Of a stretch of DNA of 64,000 nucleotides, positions 62,087 to 64,000 are shown in pieces. Position numbers and translations under genes: made by a program. Source of the DNA: Octopus bimaculoides. Its lineage: Eukaryota. Within the stretch, counting starts at the first letter, position 1. The number at the start of each line of letters is the position of its first letter. Where the stretch lies: assembly GCF_001194135.2 (NCBI RefSeq), contig NC_068995.1, positions 41,173,359 through 41,237,358 on the forward strand. Reading direction: 5' to 3'. The notes under the pieces are model-generated. The model was not told the origin of the DNA and did no database searches. It saw only the letters and a list, made by a program, of their open reading frames with translations.

Positions 62087-62819
62087 TTGTGTTGTGTGTA
62101 TGTGTGTCTGTATATATGTGTGTGTTTGTGCTGTGTATATATGTGTGTGTGTTTACGTGTTGTGTATGTATTCTCTTTACTCTTTTACTTGTTTCTGTCA
62201 TTTGACTGCGGCCATGCTGGAGCACCGGCTTTAGTCAAGCAAATCGACCCCGGGACTTATTCTTTGTGAGCTTAGTACTTATTTTATCGGTCTCTTTTGC
62301 CGAACTGCTAGATGACGGGGGCATAAACACACCAGCATCGGTTGTCAAGCAATGTTAGGGGGACAAACCGACACACACACATACATATATATATATACAT
62401 ATATACGACGGGTTTCTTTCAGTTTCCGTCTACCAAATCCACTCACAAGGCTTTGGTTGGCCCGAGGCTATAGTAGAAGACACTTGCCCAAGATGCCACA
62501 CAGCGGGACTGAACCTGGAACCATGTGGCTGGTAAGCAAGCTACTTACCACACAGCCACTCATGTGCCTATATATATATATATATNNNNNNNNNNNNNNN
62601 NNNNNNNNNNNNNNNNNNNNNNNNNNNNNNNNNNNNNNNNNNNNNNNNNNNNNNNNNNNNNNNNNNNNNNNNNNNNNNNNNNNNNNNNNNNNNNNNNNNN
62701 NNNNNNNNNNNNNNNNNNNNNNNNNNNNNNNNNNNNNNNNNTATACACACACACAAGCACAGTTATATTCAGAAGTGTCTGATTCCACAACCAAACACAA
62801 CCTCATATGCTAGTTCTTC

Positions 62820-63430
62820 ATATTCTCCACACACACACATTTTCCATTGTTTAATTTCTTCCTTCCTTCCTTCCCTCTTTCATTCCCCCAGTCTTGTTAC
62901 TTCTCTCTCTTCGTTTCCGTCTCCCCCCCCCCAATGTCATTCATCCTCTCTTTCTTCCCTTCACTCTTTCCTCCCCCATGTTTCTCTTCTAGTTCTTTCA
63001 TTCCACTCCTTCCCTCTTTTCTCCTCTTCTTTCTTTCATTCATTCATTCCACCTACCTTGTGCTTATTCCTCCACCACTCTCATTCTTCCTTTTTCTCTC
63101 TCATTCATTCTTCCTCTCTCATTCATTCTCTCTCTCTCTCTTTCAATCATCCTCTTTTTTTCATACATCTTTTCTGTCTCTTCTTCCTTCCTCCATGCCT
63201 GTTATTCTCAAGTTTATTCATTCTTTTCATTCTGTGTCTTGTTCCCTGCCTCTTTCTTTTCCTTCTTGCCTGTATAGTATTTTCATATTGTTATTTCTTC
63301 TTCCATTTACCCTTCAGGTTGGTTTTCGTTCACTCATTCCCTTCATTCACCCTAACCCTTACCTCTCCCCCTCTCCATTTCTCCCACAAACTTTCATCTT
63401 TTTATTTCTTTCTCTTTGTCCTTTTCACTA
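62820..63430. repeat. CT-rich low-complexity polypyrimidine tract
   Basis: About 600 nt almost devoid of purines. Confidence 0.8.
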
Positions 63431-63759
63431 TTTTTTATATAACAAATTCTTTTTAAATGTTGAAAAAACACCATTTAAATGCTAGGATACTGCCATGGTG
63501 ATGGTTGTGGTGATGATAGTCCAGGTGGTAGCCATGCTTGGTATGATTACAATTACCACCGCCATTTTCAAATTTTGGCACAAGGCCAGCAACTTTGTGG
63601 GAGGGGGTAAGTTGATTAAATCAACTCCAGTATTCAACTGGTACTTATTTATCAACCTCTAAAGAATGAAGGGCAAAGTTGATTTCAGTGGAATTTGACT
63701 ATCTATCTCTCTATCAATCTATCTATCTATCTATCTATCTATCTGTCTATACACACACA

Positions 63760-63977
63760 CGAGGAGGTGCTGAAAAGTTCCTGGCTTTGAGTAAAAGAAA
63801 ATACAGGAGGATCAGTTAATTATGATTTTATTCAACATATTCCCCCTTTCAGATTCAGGCACTTATTGAAGCAGTCCTTCAGTTTTTCTAAGCCCTGTAA
63901 AAGAGCTCAGAAGGTTGGGTCTCCAAACAGACTCATCGTGATCCCCTTAAAGCCAGGAACTTTTCAGTACCACCTTG
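63760..63977. mobile_element. Mariner-derived MITE, 218 bp
   Basis: 29-bp TIRs 63760-63788 and 63949-63977 (26/29 match, core ctgaaaagttcctggcttt), TA on the right flank. Confidence 0.85.
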
Positions 63978-64000
63978 TATATGTATATATATATATATAT

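Noticed and set aside
62847-63485. 212-aa F/S/L/P-rich ORF
   Set aside because: It is a translation of CT-rich low-complexity DNA, with no splice signals or SCAPER similarity.

Overview
AT-rich, microsatellite-dense eukaryotic (not prokaryotic) genomic scaffold with many N gaps. The SINE landscape suggests an octopus or other coleoid cephalopod genome (inference). The window lies inside one + strand gene, SCAPER (S-phase cyclin A-associated protein in the ER). I reconstructed 22 GT-AG coding exons from 4853 to 53082 whose intron phases chain correctly, except at one junction where an exon is probably hidden in the gap 17291-18242. The first exon(s) and the C-terminal exons are not visible. 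Homology was judged against the human SCAPER sequence recalled from memory, not by a database search. Introns are filled with several tRNA-derived SINE families, an RTE-type (GAT)n-tailed VNTR-bearing repeat, piggyBac-, hAT- and mariner-type MITEs, a mariner transposase relic, an R4/Dong-type LINE fragment and microsatellites. Most ORFs in the supplied track are repeat or gap artefacts. The best leads are: a tRNA-headed SINE carrying a hammerhead-ribozyme-like core with a 5' inverted repeat (Penelope-like hallmarks) plus a second hammerhead-like motif; a full-length U6 snRNA retrocopy fused to the RTE-type repeat; a SINE flanked by a 101-bp target-site duplication; and a microhomology-joined mosaic duplication that creates a near-perfect 193-bp intronic inverted repeat.
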